A DNA stretch of 64,000 bases, taken from positions 3,072 through 67,071 of the forward strand of contig CAWGKL010000006.1 in assembly GCA_963823205.1 (NCBI GenBank), read 5' to 3'. Below are positions 63,930-64,000 of this stretch, one piece after another. A program made the translations under genes and the position numbers. The notes beneath the pieces are model-generated. The model saw nothing but the letters and a program-made list of their open reading frames with translations. It did no database searches and was not told the origin of the DNA. Within the stretch, counting starts at the first letter, position 1. Every line of letters begins with the position of its first letter. Source of the stretch: Terriglobia bacterium (GTDB lineage Bacteria > Acidobacteriota > Terriglobia > Acidiferrales > UBA7541).

Positions 63930-64000
63930 AATGATTCGCTCCGCCGGCATCGTCTGCAAACCCCTGAAGGACGCGGTGTGCTCCGATGGTCCCGCCGCTG
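63930..64000 (+). CDS. nadK: possible 5' end of NAD kinase (truncated by the window end)
   Basis: MIRSAGIVCKPLKD... resembles NadK N-termini, and nadK commonly follows tlyA. Only 23 codons are visible. Confidence 0.35.

Overview
The window is 64 kb of chromosome from a high-G+C bacterium. The gene content suggests Acidobacteriota: secreted FecR/Trp-rich paralogues, a CarboxypepD_reg-type protein, a type-B-like sdhCAB and several REP/MITE-like repeat families. That assignment is an inference and has not been checked.

Most of the window is housekeeping. It holds uvrA, uvrC, mutS, sdhCAB, ribF, a Fur-family regulator, rseP-dxr-cdsA-uppS, anmK, ino1, glnA and xseB-ispA-tlyA-nadK.

The accessory content is:
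- a partial IS3 element abutting a decayed CI/LexA-like repressor gene;
- a low-G+C orphan gene on a 1.4-kb insert bracketed by 44-nt direct repeats;
- a TIR-TM-extracytoplasmic-domain protein bracketed by ~80-nt direct repeats;
- a complete IS1380-family element with a TTAAA target duplication;
- two VapC toxin-antitoxin modules;
- a P1B-type ATPase with a TPCP motif.

The most interesting locus is 33.2-38.6 kb. An NRAMP homologue there carries the substitution pattern of NRAMP-related Mg2+ transporters. It is paired with a soluble PRC-barrel + MgtE-N + CBS protein. The pair is preceded by a ~260-nt terminated non-coding leader and embedded in AT-rich blocks with regularly spaced CTCGAA-N3-TTCGAG palindromes and helically phased T-tracts.

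At least 18 single-nucleotide frame disruptions hit otherwise conserved genes, several of them at short homopolymers. They are more likely sequencing or assembly errors than real pseudogenisation.

I found no rRNA, tRNA or CRISPR array. All coordinates, motifs and repeats were read by eye from the sequence and ORF track, and no database search was possible.
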